64,000 nt of DNA, taken from positions 62,001-126,000 of the forward strand of contig QPMI01000645.1 in the NCBI GenBank assembly GCA_004431415.1, read 5' to 3'. A model generated the notes under the pieces. The model worked only from the letters and a program-made list of their open reading frames with translations. It ran no database searches and was not told the origin of the DNA. A program made the position numbers and the translations under genes. Positions 1 through 11,504 of the stretch are shown one piece after another; positions within the stretch are counted from its first letter, which is position 1, and every line of letters starts with the position of its first letter. This stretch comes from Cyanophora paradoxa CCMP329. Lineage: Eukaryota > Plantae > Glaucophyta.

Positions 1-3000
1 TTCATCGTGACAACGGACTGGAGCAAGCAGGCGATGGGCGCGATCTTGCACCAGGCCGACGACGCCGGCAACGTCCGGCCGCTCATGTTCTCCAGCCGCA
101 CGAACGGCGACTCGGAGCGCAACTACGGCGCTGTGGAGGGGGAGGCGATGACGTTGCTGTGGGCTCTGAAACAGTGGACGCACTACTTCGAGTGCAACCA
201 GCCGTTCGAGATCCACACGGATCACGAGCCGCTCCTCTCGCTCCGCAACACGTCGACGAGCCAGCCGCCCAACCGTTACCTCGCCAAGGTGGCCATGTAC
301 CTGCAGGGTTACAACTACATCATCAAACACTGCAAGGGCACGACCAACGGCGCGGCAGATGCAATGTCGCGCGCCCCGCTGAACCACCCCGTCTACAACG
401 GCGCGGCCGACGGCTCCGAAGACGCGCCAGGCGCCGCGCCCGGCGCCCGGGGCTTCGCGGTGCCGGTCCCTGGGGACCCGGACGAGCCCCTCGGGATGTA
501 CTTCGTCCAGCTCCCCCGCGAAGACCCGGCGCGGGAGATGGCGAGCGTCGCAAGAACGGCGATCGAGGCGGCGCGCGTGCTGCGGGCCGAGAAGGAGCGC
601 CGCCGCATCCGGCGGGTTCAGCAGAAGGAGGCACGCACGGGGAGAGCGCCGCGGGAGCTGCGCAACCTCGACTCCGCCCTCGGGCCAGCCTGGCGGAGCG
701 CAGCGCAAGGGGGCCGACGGGACCCGCAAGAAGCCCCGGCGGCCCCGGCGCCGAGGCGGCCGCAGACAGCGCTCGACCGTAGCTTCGAGATTGCCGACCG
801 GATGATCAGCTCGGGCATGTACCGCACGCGATCCTCTCAAGCGACCTCGACAGCAGCTCCGAGTGCAGTGGACGTCGACGAATGGTTGGCCCGGACGTTC
901 CCCGACGGCCCGCCTGGTGACAAGCCAGCCACCTCGGCGCCGACGACGGCCGTGACGGAGGATGGGGGACCGCCGGTGCCGGTGGAGGCACCGCCGGCGA
1001 CAGCAGCACCACCCTCGGAGCTGCGCGCCGCCTCGCCCGGCGTAGATGAGGCGGACCCGGCGCCGACGGCCCAACCACCTGGACGGCGGCGGCGCGCCCT
1101 TCAGAACCTGGAATCCGACCTCGGCCCCGCATGGCAGCACCCCGACAATGCCGCCGCGACCAGCGGCCGTGCACGGTATCCGCGACGGGCTCAGCACCCG
1201 CCATCGTCCGCGGAGACGGGCCTCAACGCACTGGCGGAGCAGGCGGAACGGGTCAGCGAGGAGGCTGCACGCCGCCTCGCGGACCCTGCACCTCTGTCAG
1301 GCGCCGACCAGGAACATCTCGCGGACGGGCCGCCCCACGCGCCGCTCCAGTTCGACGCTGAGCACCCGAACCTGACGCCGCAAGTCTTTCGACCGGACGG
1401 GAGGCCCCGCTCGAAGCACTACAAGCGCCGCCAGCGCCGGTTCCTCAAGAAGTTCCTTGCGGGCCTCAAAGATTTCGAGGGGGAGCCGGCGACGGAGGAG
1501 CACCGTCGCCTGTACAACGAGGCGCAGCTCCGCCGCCGCCAGCTGCGGGGTTGGAAATCCCGTCAGGGACGGTATTCGGTCGCGCCTCCGTCCATTCCCG
1601 ACGCCGCCGGAGGGGAGAACGCCAACGGAGTAGGGGACGCCGCCGGGGACGCCGGCTCGTCAGGGGCATCACAGAGGGGAGGGGGGCAGCAGCGCGAGGA
1701 GCCGAAGTCGGACAACGGAGGCGAACGCAGCGATGACGACGAGACGGTCGAGCGGGTACCAAGCGGCTTCGTAGCACCTCTGCAGGGACCCGCAGGCGAC
1801 CGGGTCAGACCGCTGGACGTTATCGTCGAGGGTGAAGTGCGGGACGTCTGGGCGGAGGGCCACCGCAGGATCGTTGATCCCCCCCCTCCTGACAAGCTCA
1901 AGCGGTTCATGTCCGACGCGACGGCGATGGTCCTGGAGCAGCACAACGACCCGTGGTGCAAGCAGGTCCGGGAGTTCATCAACAACGGCGTTAACGCGGC
2001 TCGCTGTCGCGATCACCGCAAGTTGGAAATCCCCGAGGACCAGATCACGTGCAAGTGGTGCCTGCGCGCTAAGGAGGCGTACGCCGACATGATGGACAGC
2101 TACGAGATTGCGGACGGGGTCGTTCGACGCCTCCCGCCTCTGGCTGACATGCGCTCCCTGGTTGTGGTGCCGGAAACGCTGCGGGAGATGATCCTCTCCG
2201 CGTACCACGACGACTGGGCCCACCGCGGTGCGGACATCGTCGCGAGGCGCATCTTCAGCCGCTTCTGGTGGGATGGCATGACGTCGTCGGTACACCGCTA
2301 CGTGCGGTCGTGCCCTCACTGCCAACGAGCGAAGGCGCGGCGGCGGCCAAAGGTTCTCTGCAAGATCTTCGAGGCGTACTTCCCAGGCGACCTGCACCAA
2401 GCCGACATCATGTACTTGGACCTGTCGGTGGACGGTATGGTCGGCGCCTTCGTCAGCGTCGACGCTTACTCCAAGTACCCCGACGGGAAGCCGATCCCGG
2501 ACATGAAGGCGTCGACGCTACGTCGCTGCGCGGAACAGGCGCTCGCCGACCACGGCGTCGTCCAGCGCTACCTCATCGACAACGGCTCACAGCTGATCCA
2601 GTCGGAGTGGTACAACTTCTGGAAGAGCAAGGGCACGCGCATCATTCGCGCAGCGGCGTTCCATCAGTCCACGAATGGCGGCGCCGAGCGCCTGGGACAG
2701 ACGTTCAAGCGACTGGTGTACGGGCTCTGCAAAGCGGCTGGCAAGTCGAACCGGCACTGGACGGAGTTTGTACACCAGGCTCTCCTCGCGATGCGCACGG
2801 GCATCCACGCAGCCACGGGCTTCCCGCCCGCGGTGCTTCACTTCGGACGCGACCTCACGCTCCCCGGCGACCTGCGCTTCGACCCCGACGAACGGCAACG
2901 GCCAACGGACCCGACGTTACTAAACGACCGCTTGGCGGGGCTCGCACGGGCGGCTGAGAGTCGAGCGGCAGCAGTAGCCGAGCACCGCAAGCGCTACAAC

Positions 3001-3351
3001 AAGCGGCTGCTGCGCGCCCATGGCGGCAAGCCGCTGCGGCGCTCGTTCAGGAAGGGGGAGAAGGTTCTCTGCTGGTTCGAGGGCCTCAAACGCGGCATCC
3101 ACAACGGATGGACCGGCCCCTTCGTTGTCTTACGGGAGCTCTCGGACGGGCACCTGTACGCCGTAAAGGCGACGACGGAGTCAGAGCGGCACAGAAGGAC
3201 GAAAGAGCTGATCGTCCACATCGACTTGATGATCCCTTACCGTGACAGACCGGCAAACGTTGCACGGAAACGACGGCAGGGACGTCCGCCGCGGCCAGAG
3301 CAACCGCCGGCACCTCCGGGGGCGCCCCCGGAGGTGGCGCCGGACGCTTAA
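1..3351 (+). mobile_element. pol: Ty3/Gypsy LTR retrotransposon pol, 3' part (RNase H - long linker - integrase); open at the left edge
   Basis: Frame is open from base 1. RNase H motifs FIVTTDWS, ERNYGAVEGEA, EIHTDHEPL, NGAADAMSR. Integrase HHCC (YHDDWAH...CPHCQ), DDE core (HQADIMY, LIDNGSQ, TNGGAERLGQTFK) and GPF motif (WTGPFVV). RH-before-IN order fits Ty3/Gypsy. The 3' LTR could not be delimited. Confidence 0.93.
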
Positions 3352-4179
3352 GCGCGTGAGGCGCCCCCTACGGTACATGAGGATTATTGTCGAGATGGGT
3401 ACGCGACCCTCGCAATCGATAGCCCTTGGGAACGGCGCGCCTAAGGCCCCTCCAATCTCGGGCTTCCCGACCGTGTCGTGCCACGTGGCCCACGCGTTTC
3501 GGACGATATCCGAGAAGAGGGCCGAAGTCCCACGCAGCGGCACCGCCTCGAAAGGCTCGCTAGCGATCGAACGGCATAGGATTAGGTCGTTGCGACGCGC
3601 GAAGCCCCGCTGCGATAGCGCCGCTACCGTTTCCTTAGAACGCGCAATGCGTGCTGCCGCAACTCTTTCCGTTTTCTTTCAGGGGGACGCCCCTTTCGCG
3701 CACGCGTGCAGCGCACTCACACGCGACGCGCGTCAGACCCTCGGCGGGTACGGCGGACGGGCGTACGTGGCGGGCGCACGCGGAGGGCCCTCCGGGCACG
3801 GCGGCGCGCCATCGGGGCGACGCTGCGAGCGTGGACCGGAGAGCCCTCAGGGCAGGCTATTATGGCGGCGCGGCCGAGGTTTTTTCGCCCGGTTTTTCCT
3901 CGAGCCGCTAGCGACCCCTGCGAGTACACGTCAGGCCCCCGGGCGGCCTCCCCACGTACACTCGCAGGCGGCAGTCCGCACGTCTTCCCTTTTCATGGAT
4001 TCGTCTTTTGGAACCCGGCTTGGGCAGCTCGGGCTTGTTGGCTGATTTTAGTGTGTATCTACTAGTTGGTATGCCCATTTATCTCGGAGGCCGCCCGGTC
4101 GATGAGCGCGTAGGCTAGATAAGCGCTCTGACTTGAGGTTGGGACCTCACTTTCCCTCGACTCCACTAGCCTATCGTCT

Positions 4180-4384
4180 TGTGAAGTCGTATCATGGACC
4201 CCCGGCTTGCGTCCCGGGAGGATTTTTTTGTTCACTCGACCCCACCGGACTCGCATCCTGTGAAGTCGTATCATGGACCCCGGCTTGAGTCCACGTAGTT
4301 GTGACGATCCAATCCCCCCCTTCACTATACATATTTTTCTCTCTCTTGAGCGCACGAGGACGTGCGCTTGTGAAGTCGTATCAT
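4180..4384 (+). repeat. Three copies of TGTGAAGTCGTATCAT; the first two extend to GGACCCC(C)GGCTTG
   Basis: Exact 16-mers start at 4180, 4259 and 4369. An 8-bp hairpin AGCGCACG-agga-CGTGCGCT (4349-4368) directly precedes copy 3. Confidence 0.85.
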
Positions 4385-4503
4385 ATTGCAGTGAGCATAT
4401 ACTGCCATTATTCCAAGTCCCTGTAGACCTGTACCCCCAGTCTGTACTTGTACCCCAATGATACCAGTCCCCAGCTAAACTATGCTGGCGACACATGCGC
4501 AGC

Positions 4504-5249
4504 CCCTCGAATTCGAGCTCGTCGAGCTTTGCCCGGCCGCCCCGCAGCAGCGGTCCAGGAGGTGGTGCGGGCGAGCGCGAGCGGCGGGCCGCGCCGGACC
4601 GGGGTGGCTCGAGCTCGAGGCGCCCGGGCGCGGGCTCAGGTGCGGGGTCGAAGGAGGACTCGCCCTTCCCGAGCGCGGGGCGGCGGCTGTACACGGCGGA
4701 GCTGGACGACCTCGACGGCCAGCTCGACGAGTGCGTATATACGCGAGACCGTACGCGTCTTAGCCTCTGGTCGATCATAAAGATATCAATAGATAGTTCC
4801 ACGACCTATAGCTAGATCTTGTATATATGATTAAAATATTCACAGAAAGTTCTAGCCTCTGGTCAATTATTAAAATAGACAGTTCCACGATCTAGATCTA
4901 GATCTGATACGATTCATTCGCAGCCTCGCGTCGAAGCCAGTCAGCTTCCAGAAGTTCAAGATCGCGGGGAAGTACGAGAACTACCGACTGTGCTCGTCGG
5001 GCAAGGTCGACGACGCGGTGGAGGACAACGTCTTCCTCCATCAGGTGAGGAAATTAACTCCAAATTCTATTATTATGTATATTGATTGCCCAAGCATCGC
5101 CAATTAATGCAATCTAAGTCTATGACGGCTGCAGGACAATCTCCGCGACATCCAGAAGCGCGCGGGCAAGGGCGAGCTCCCCAACTTCGTGCACGGCACG
5201 GTCGTCAGCGCGACGGTGCTGCGCGACGTGAAACGATTCGGGAAGGACG
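4504..5249 (+). pseudogene. Spliced gene fragment, possibly Mx/dynamin-like stalk region
   Basis: GT-AG exons join to EDSPFPSAGRRLYTAELDDLDGQLD|DLASKPVSFQKFKIAGKYENYRLCSSGKVDDAVEDNVFLHQ|DNLRDIQKRAGKGELPNFVHGTVVSATVLRDVKRFGKD. G-x-ELPNFV and RLYT recall the Mx stalk motifs RGRELPGFV and RLFT. No GTPase domain is present. Confidence 0.3.
4761..4905 (+). repeat. Imperfect tandem duplication (~92-bp period) inside an intron
   Basis: TAGCCTCTGGTC...ATAG(A/T)(T/C)AGTTCCACGA...CTAGATCT occurs at ~4761 and ~4853. Confidence 0.75.
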
Positions 5250-5339
5250 TGCGCAGCTGCGGCATCGTCGAGATTTCCCTGCAGCTGAAGCACGATCGCG
5301 GTTAATTGCAGCGATAACGTTAGCGAAATATCTGTGCGT

Positions 5340-5600
5340 GGCTATAGGTTTCGCGACGACTGCTTTCGAAATCGTTTCTGTAAATGTGCATTCGAATTCG
5401 GCTTTCCGCACATGTTTTTGAACGCTCGCTATAGCCGAGGTTGGACAATCGGCAGACAAGCTGCAAGCTATGTATAGGCGACTACTTCGGAGATCGTTTG
5501 TGTACGTGTGTAATTAGATCCAGCTTTCCACGCATTTTTTGAACGCTCTGTATTGGAGGGGCCTGCCATTCGGCATATCACTACTAGCTATTTTTTAGGC
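5340..5600 (+). repeat. Degenerate tandem repeat, ~122-bp period
   Basis: GA(A/G)ATCGTTT...GCTTTCC.C.CAT.TTTTTGAACGCTC...CGGCA...AGCTAT...TAGGCG is present twice (~5368 and ~5490). Confidence 0.6.
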
Positions 5601-5944
5601 GGTTATTCAGGGCCGCGTTAACGTTGGGGCTCAATTTGGAAAGGTTGGGGAAGATCTAGAGGCGGCAGCTCGGGCGACGCTACGATCTCAAGGGGCGGGA
5701 TTTTCGATTGCAAATCGAATCAATCTCTGACCCACGCAGCCAGTGCTTTACCTAATTAAGCCTAGATCCTGAGTCAAGAACAGCTTTCGCATGTTTCCCC
5801 CCCGGGCCCGGTTTTTCCTTCTCGAGATTAAAACGGTGCATTTTCTCGTACGTACAGTTCAGTAAACAGCCATCCTCTATTCGTGCGGCGGAATGCTATA
5901 ATTGATCGCGACATGTACATTAACTTTGTTGACGTCGGTGGGCG

Positions 5945-7964
5945 CTACTGAAGCTCGTATTCGATTTCGTACTCCGGGAGGGCTTGGAACGGGTGGAAGA
6001 TAATCACTGCGCATGCACATGCCGGCGCAGCGCAGACCGAGTCAGTAGCTTACGAGGCCTAGGGGGCCTTTCTTTGCATTCTTCGGCCCCCGCACCTTCG
6101 GTCTGATGGACTCCCAGGTTGGGGGTCGCCTCCTTTCGGCCCGAGACGAAGATCGAGTCGTGCCCCTGCACAGCGGACGGCCGCGTCAACGTTGAGCGCC
6201 AAGGCGCGGCTTTAATTTAGAGGACGGAGAGATGGTCGGATCAAGCACCGGGCTGGGTAGGATCCAGTCGTGCATCTCGTCTTGGCGGGCGAGGTCCCGC
6301 TTGACGAGGAGGGGGTTCCCGAGGGAGAGCCTGCACGCGAGCACCTTCCGCACCCGCGGCGCCTGAACGTGTGCAGAAACGGGCTCAAACTAAACGGAGA
6401 AACACGAGCACTTATTATTAACGGGCCCGTCTCAGAGCCGCACCTTTGCAGACGGGACGACGTACTGGTCCGACTTGCTCGCGACTTCGGCGAAGTACGT
6501 CCCGAGGCCGAACATGTGACACCGGCTCTGCGCGCGCTTCAATTTTCGACGACAGAGAGCTTTAAAAAATCAGTGATCGTACCCAGACGTGCTGCTTACA
6601 CCCCGCGCTCGTACACTTGCTGTTCAAAAGAAGCGCAGGACTGTCAGCGAGCTCAAGCGTGCCGCGGCACGCATGCGCTTCTTTCTAAATACGGTCTCAC
6701 CGGCAATCGACTGTGCAGAGGCTCGGACTCTTGTCCGGGAGGCCGCGGGAGCGAGGGCAGTCCGACGCCGCGCAGAAGTCGTCCGGAGGGACGAACCCAT
6801 CGCTGTAGATGCTCTCGAGGATGTCGACGCGGGTCCCGTGGTAGTAGCGGATCTCGGCAGTCGCCAGCTTCGCCTTGCCCCTCCGCTTCTCGATCGACTC
6901 CCGGCGCTCGTGATACCTGCGCATGACATCGAATATTAGTAGTCTGGAGCCTGCAGGAGGGAGCGTACGCGTGCGAGCGCTTATCGTCTAGATAGGCGAA
7001 TGAAGATTGATAATTATGACGGCCCGGCCACGCACCGCTGGCACATTTCCTTGTTGACGATGCGCCGGATGGCCCGCACGAGGGGCCGCCTGCCGCTCGG
7101 CCAGTGGCGAAGGAAGTGCTCGCTCACGTCGTCGAAGGCCGCCCCGGGGCCCAGGGCCTTCAGCTCCCACTGCCGCGTCGACGTCGGCGCCGGCTCCTGC
7201 TTTCCTCCCCCAGCTGCAGCGGACGCTCGAGCAGGATGGAGGTAGGGACAGCTCGGCCTGAGGAAACGAATGTTCTGCAGCCTGCGGATTGAGGCCCATT
7301 ATATATAATTAGAAAATAACGAATCCAACAGGAATAAAAACCGAATCCGAGGCACCTGCAATACCCTTGCGCCCAGTTCCTGCACACTTGTTTGCCTTGG
7401 CTTTCCTTGCAGGCTTTTGCAGGGCTTGCTTGAGAGCGAGCGCTTACGTTTCGCGAATCCGAAGCCCTCGCGATCGGACGCGAGCTCGAGCTCGAGGAAC
7501 CAGCGTCGGCGGGTTGCACGCGTGCGCGCGCTTCCGCAGAGGCGGCATGCGATCTAGGTCTGGATTCCAAGCGTGGACGCACACGAACGTCGCTGAGATC
7601 TACAATGCGCGATCAGATTTGTAATCAGTTCACTAATTCATGAACACACCCACACTGAACAGCGAAGCGTCGAAGGGCGTCGGAGACGACGCATTAGAAG
7701 ACGCTGAAGCGGGATCCAAATTTGATTGCTCGATGTCTAGGTCTGATAAGAGATTGAATTAATCAGTTCATCTCCATCGATATCGGTTTGAAATGTAAAG
7801 TCAATTGCAATCACGAATCGGGTTTGTATTCGAATTGGCAATTGCAAATCATGCTCACCAAGCATGTCGATCATGTCGTCGAAGTCCGATTTGCGGGCCC
7901 GCGGCCGGCTGGGGACTGCCTTTGCACTAGCTATAGTGTCATCAAACGCTGCGTGTGTCGGCAT
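5945..7964 (-). CDS. CCCH zinc finger + PARP/ART catalytic domain protein (PARP-A), multi-exon; 5' end may extend to ~8540
   Basis: Spliced product: CRNWAQGYCRPSCPYLH; FDDVSEHFLRHW...VRAIRRIVNKEMCQR|YHERR...RYYHGTRVDILESIYSDGF; Cys-rich insert; HMFGLGTYFAEVASKSDQY; KVLACRLSLG; GHDSIFV; QTE|VIIFHPFQALPEYEIEYELQ* (stop 5945-5947). H-Y-E triad. One frameshift in a G-run near 7210. Confidence 0.85.
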
Positions 7965-8750
7965 ATATTAGAAACGGCAAGCGTATGATTTTTGCGAAAC
8001 CATTCATATGCATGATCAAAGGCCATACCGAAAATACTTGAGTCGAACTGCGCTGAAGAGCTACCGCTCACGCCTCCGTGTTCAGTGGGCCCCCGATCGC
8101 GAAGCTGCTGTTCATGTGTGCGCGCACTTGTCGCAATGCCAATTGACGCAGGTTGCTGAACATGTATATGTGCACTGGCTGACCGATTGCGAGTTTGTAC
8201 ACTATTCGCGATCGAATCCTGTCCAGGTGCGCATAAGAGGACAAGACTTGAAGGCTAGACCTTCGCGAGATAAGAGCTCGAGATACCTTCGAGCTCGTGT
8301 GCGCACGCATGCAGGCATTCTTCGCTTTCTCGATGTTGTCCAAGGAGAACCGCCCTTCAGACGCTAATGCAGCCACGGCCGATTCGACTTGCATGTCGGT
8401 CGCAACAAGAAGCCTTTCCCCGAAGCTCCGATTAGATCAATAATCGATTATAGAATCATCGAAATTTAAAAGACCTTTGCAAGGCTTCTTGGCATTGGCG
8501 GCCACGGGTTTTGTGCGCCTCTGACGACAATGTATGAGCATGCGCAGATATATGAGCTGAGCGAATCCGGATCCGGATTTATATCAACGATTTTGAGAAG
8601 ACGGATCCGGATCCGAGAAGGCCAATACCAGTTATTTCGGCCATTGAGTATCCCATGTCCTTTAGTCGCCGAATGATATCCGAAGAGTGCAGGCGGTGTC
8701 CGCGGGTATCATCCTGCAGGCGTATGCATTAAAAACTATTCACGTCATAA

Positions 8751-11504
8751 TCAGCTTTTTAGCGCGTCCATGCGGGTTCGAACCGATTTCTCGAGAGCCG
8801 CGTATTCATCCAATGCTGAGCGCGCTGGCTCAAGATGTGCATCAACCGAAGCCACTTTGGTGTCAGAGCTATCGATATCAGAGCTAGACAATTGAGCGAG
8901 AGCATTTGGCGGATGCGGAACGTCCTCAGAAGTCGAGGGATTGTAATTGTCATCTGCAGAAGCGCCCGGCTGCGAAAGTGCATGCGCGGGCTCTGCATGC
9001 GCAGCTGCGAGCTCCAAATTCGAATTCGAATCCGGCTCCAGCGTCGACTCTAGATCTGCTTCCGGATCGATATCAGGATTACCGCCAGCTGCGGCAGCAG
9101 TCCAGAAGTCGAGGGATGCCGCCTCGTCCGCCAATTCCTTCTTCATGCGCTCCACAAGCGACCCGTGGCAAGGGCCCCAGCTCATCGGCGCCCTTGGACC
9201 GGCTCGCGAAATTGACATTGATTGCGCTGCAGCTGCAGCTGGTATAGAACACAGGTCGCTCGCTGAAGTGGACAGCGGAGAACATTGGTCGCGCTGCTTC
9301 TTCTTTCCGAACAGCGTGCCAATTGTGTCTGAAAACCACGCTCCAGCCTTGGTGATCATTCCGACAATCGGGCTGGAGCTTACGATCGATCCGCGCTTCT
9401 GATCATGAGAGGCCTGCGGATGCGCATACGACTGCTCCAACGGAGCGCTGCGCATCAAACTGTGAGCACTTTTAATCAGCGGCCAGTGATCATGATCACT
9501 ATGAGAGAAAGCTTTATATACGAAGCGTCTTCGAAATTGCACCTTTCTGCGTGCTCGTGGAGCTCGCGATCGAATTCCTCCGATCGCGTACGCGTGTTGG
9601 CGCTGCTGCCACTGCAGCTGCGCATGCTGCGACTGCTGCTCGCAGATGCAGTCTCTGGGACGCGTGCGAGGGCGGCGTGCAGCCAGCCATGGGGAGCCTC
9701 GAGCTCGATGTATAGATCTGTTTCCTCGCTATTCGCGAAGTGCACCGGAATGAGCGCCTCGTACGCGTCGATGTCCCTGCGCGCAAGCGTACGCAGTTTA
9801 TGACGGCGAAAGCTTTTTCAATGTTTGTGTCTCAGCTCACTCCGCTGCAAACAGGCAGAAGATAATATAGTCGACCTGCGTCAAAGGTCACGATCAGTCG
9901 AGACCGCCCATTTTAAAGCCCGCTCGCGATTGCTTGTTACGTTGTCGCACCTGCTTCGAGTTTGAAGGCACCGATAGCCACGACCGAACGGCAGAGAGCG
10001 CTATTCCGCAGGCCTCCTCGTGATCGAATCCGTAAATGCCCGTCGAAATGCAGCAGAATGCCTAGAAGAGACGTCAAAATCGACATGTACAACCTTCATA
10101 CAATTAAACGTGCGCATGCACAAAGATGACAGACCACGGTGCGAATGTCCTCTTTCTCCGATACAATTCGTAGACAGTTCTCATAGCATCTTCTCAGCAC
10201 GGCGCCGTCCCCGTCTTGCGGCCCGACAGTGTGGATCACGTACCGTGCAGGAAGATCGTAGCCTGCGGCATGTTTGATTTAGGCCACGATCAACAACGGA
10301 GACAGGGGCGTGGGCGCGCCTTTTGTGAGACGGGCGTGGCCGGGCGGGCAGGGCCCGACCCTTCGGCACTCTTCTAGAAGGGCGGGCCCCGCAGCAGCGT
10401 GGATCGAGCCGTCCACTGAGGTGAGATATATAATAAGTATAACCTGGTCGCAGTTCTAGCTATAGAAGAAATGATCTGCAACGCGCCTCCTCCGCCTCCT
10501 TGCAGGGACTCCTTTGCCGCGTTGACGATCGCATCCACTCGAAGGTTGGTGATGTCGCCGATGTAGAGGGCGATTTTCGCCGCATGTGCAAATATTAATG
10601 CCGGTGCAGTGAGTTTGGGAAGGAGATCCACTAAGCGCGAAACGCCATCTGGAGGAGCGGGATGGCTGGAATTGGCTGCGAAATTCGCTATATTGATCAG
10701 GCGCAATACTTGCAATGATGGCACGCGATTGCAGAGGCAAATCGCGAGTAAAGGGCACCCAAGTCGAGGTTAGCCGCGGGGGATTCCTGAGAATCCGAAG
10801 CTGCCGATTCGGGCGATGAGCGTGCAAATGCAAGCTCCGGGTTCAGCTCTAGATCTCCGGCATCTGTGATCCGGATTCGTTTTCTTCCTCAGCGGCTGAT
10901 GGGGATGAGGTTTTGCTCACCTTCGTCACCGTCGACGTCTTGATCTCGATCGCATTCCTTGTCCAGATCGGATTCCGCTTCGGATTCGAATTCACAATCG
11001 CGCTCGGATGTGGCGGAATAGAACGATTCTGGCGTCTCTGCACTCATGATATCAGGATGTCGGTCGCTCAGTGAAGTGAGCTCGGACCTTCGACCTCCAC
11101 AGCGTCCACATGTGAATTCGAAGCTGCAGCTGCGAAAACACCGCGATACTCGATATCTTCCACTGCAGCTGTCAATATATAGCGTTATTTAAACGAAAAT
11201 ACGCATGTCTGAATCCTGACATCGGTTGTACATGTGGCGCACCAAACTCCGGTGCCTGTACGTGCACATATGGTGCCTGCTGCAGCTGCAGTGCACGTGC
11301 CGCGGTCGCGGGCGCCAGCTGCAGCGCCGAATTCGAGGTGCGCATTTCATGATCACTTGCACGTCCAGGCGTATGATCGAAACTCTGCGGCTCAAGCTGC
11401 GCTTGCGCATCTGTGTGCTTTTCATGGGCCGGCTCTTGCGAGCGCTCTTGGGATGCTTGAACAATATTCATAGCTCCAGTATCGGCATCGTCGCCCGAGC
11501 GCAT
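8751..11504 (-). CDS. MacroD-type macrodomain (ADP-ribose hydrolase) with long low-complexity N- and C-terminal extensions, multi-exon
   Basis: Spliced: [30 protein letters not shown]|[32 protein letters not shown]|[15 protein letters not shown]...LRRCYENCL...DIRTV|[12 protein letters not shown]...|VDYIIFCLF...[13 protein letters not shown]. Macrodomain core spans ~9740-10580; gene termini are approximate. Confidence 0.88.

Noticed and set aside
3352-4170. 3' LTR of the retrotransposon
   Set aside because: No convincing polypurine tract plus TG...CA pair, and the 5' LTR is outside the window, so no boundaries were called.
4180-4384. CRISPR-like array
   Set aside because: Only three short repeats with unequal spacers, in a eukaryotic context with no cas genes.
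4459-4466. tRNA-iMet primer-binding site (TGGTATCA on the minus strand)
   Set aside because: Only 8 nt match, it is on the wrong strand for the pol gene, and it is not preceded by an LTR-type CA end.
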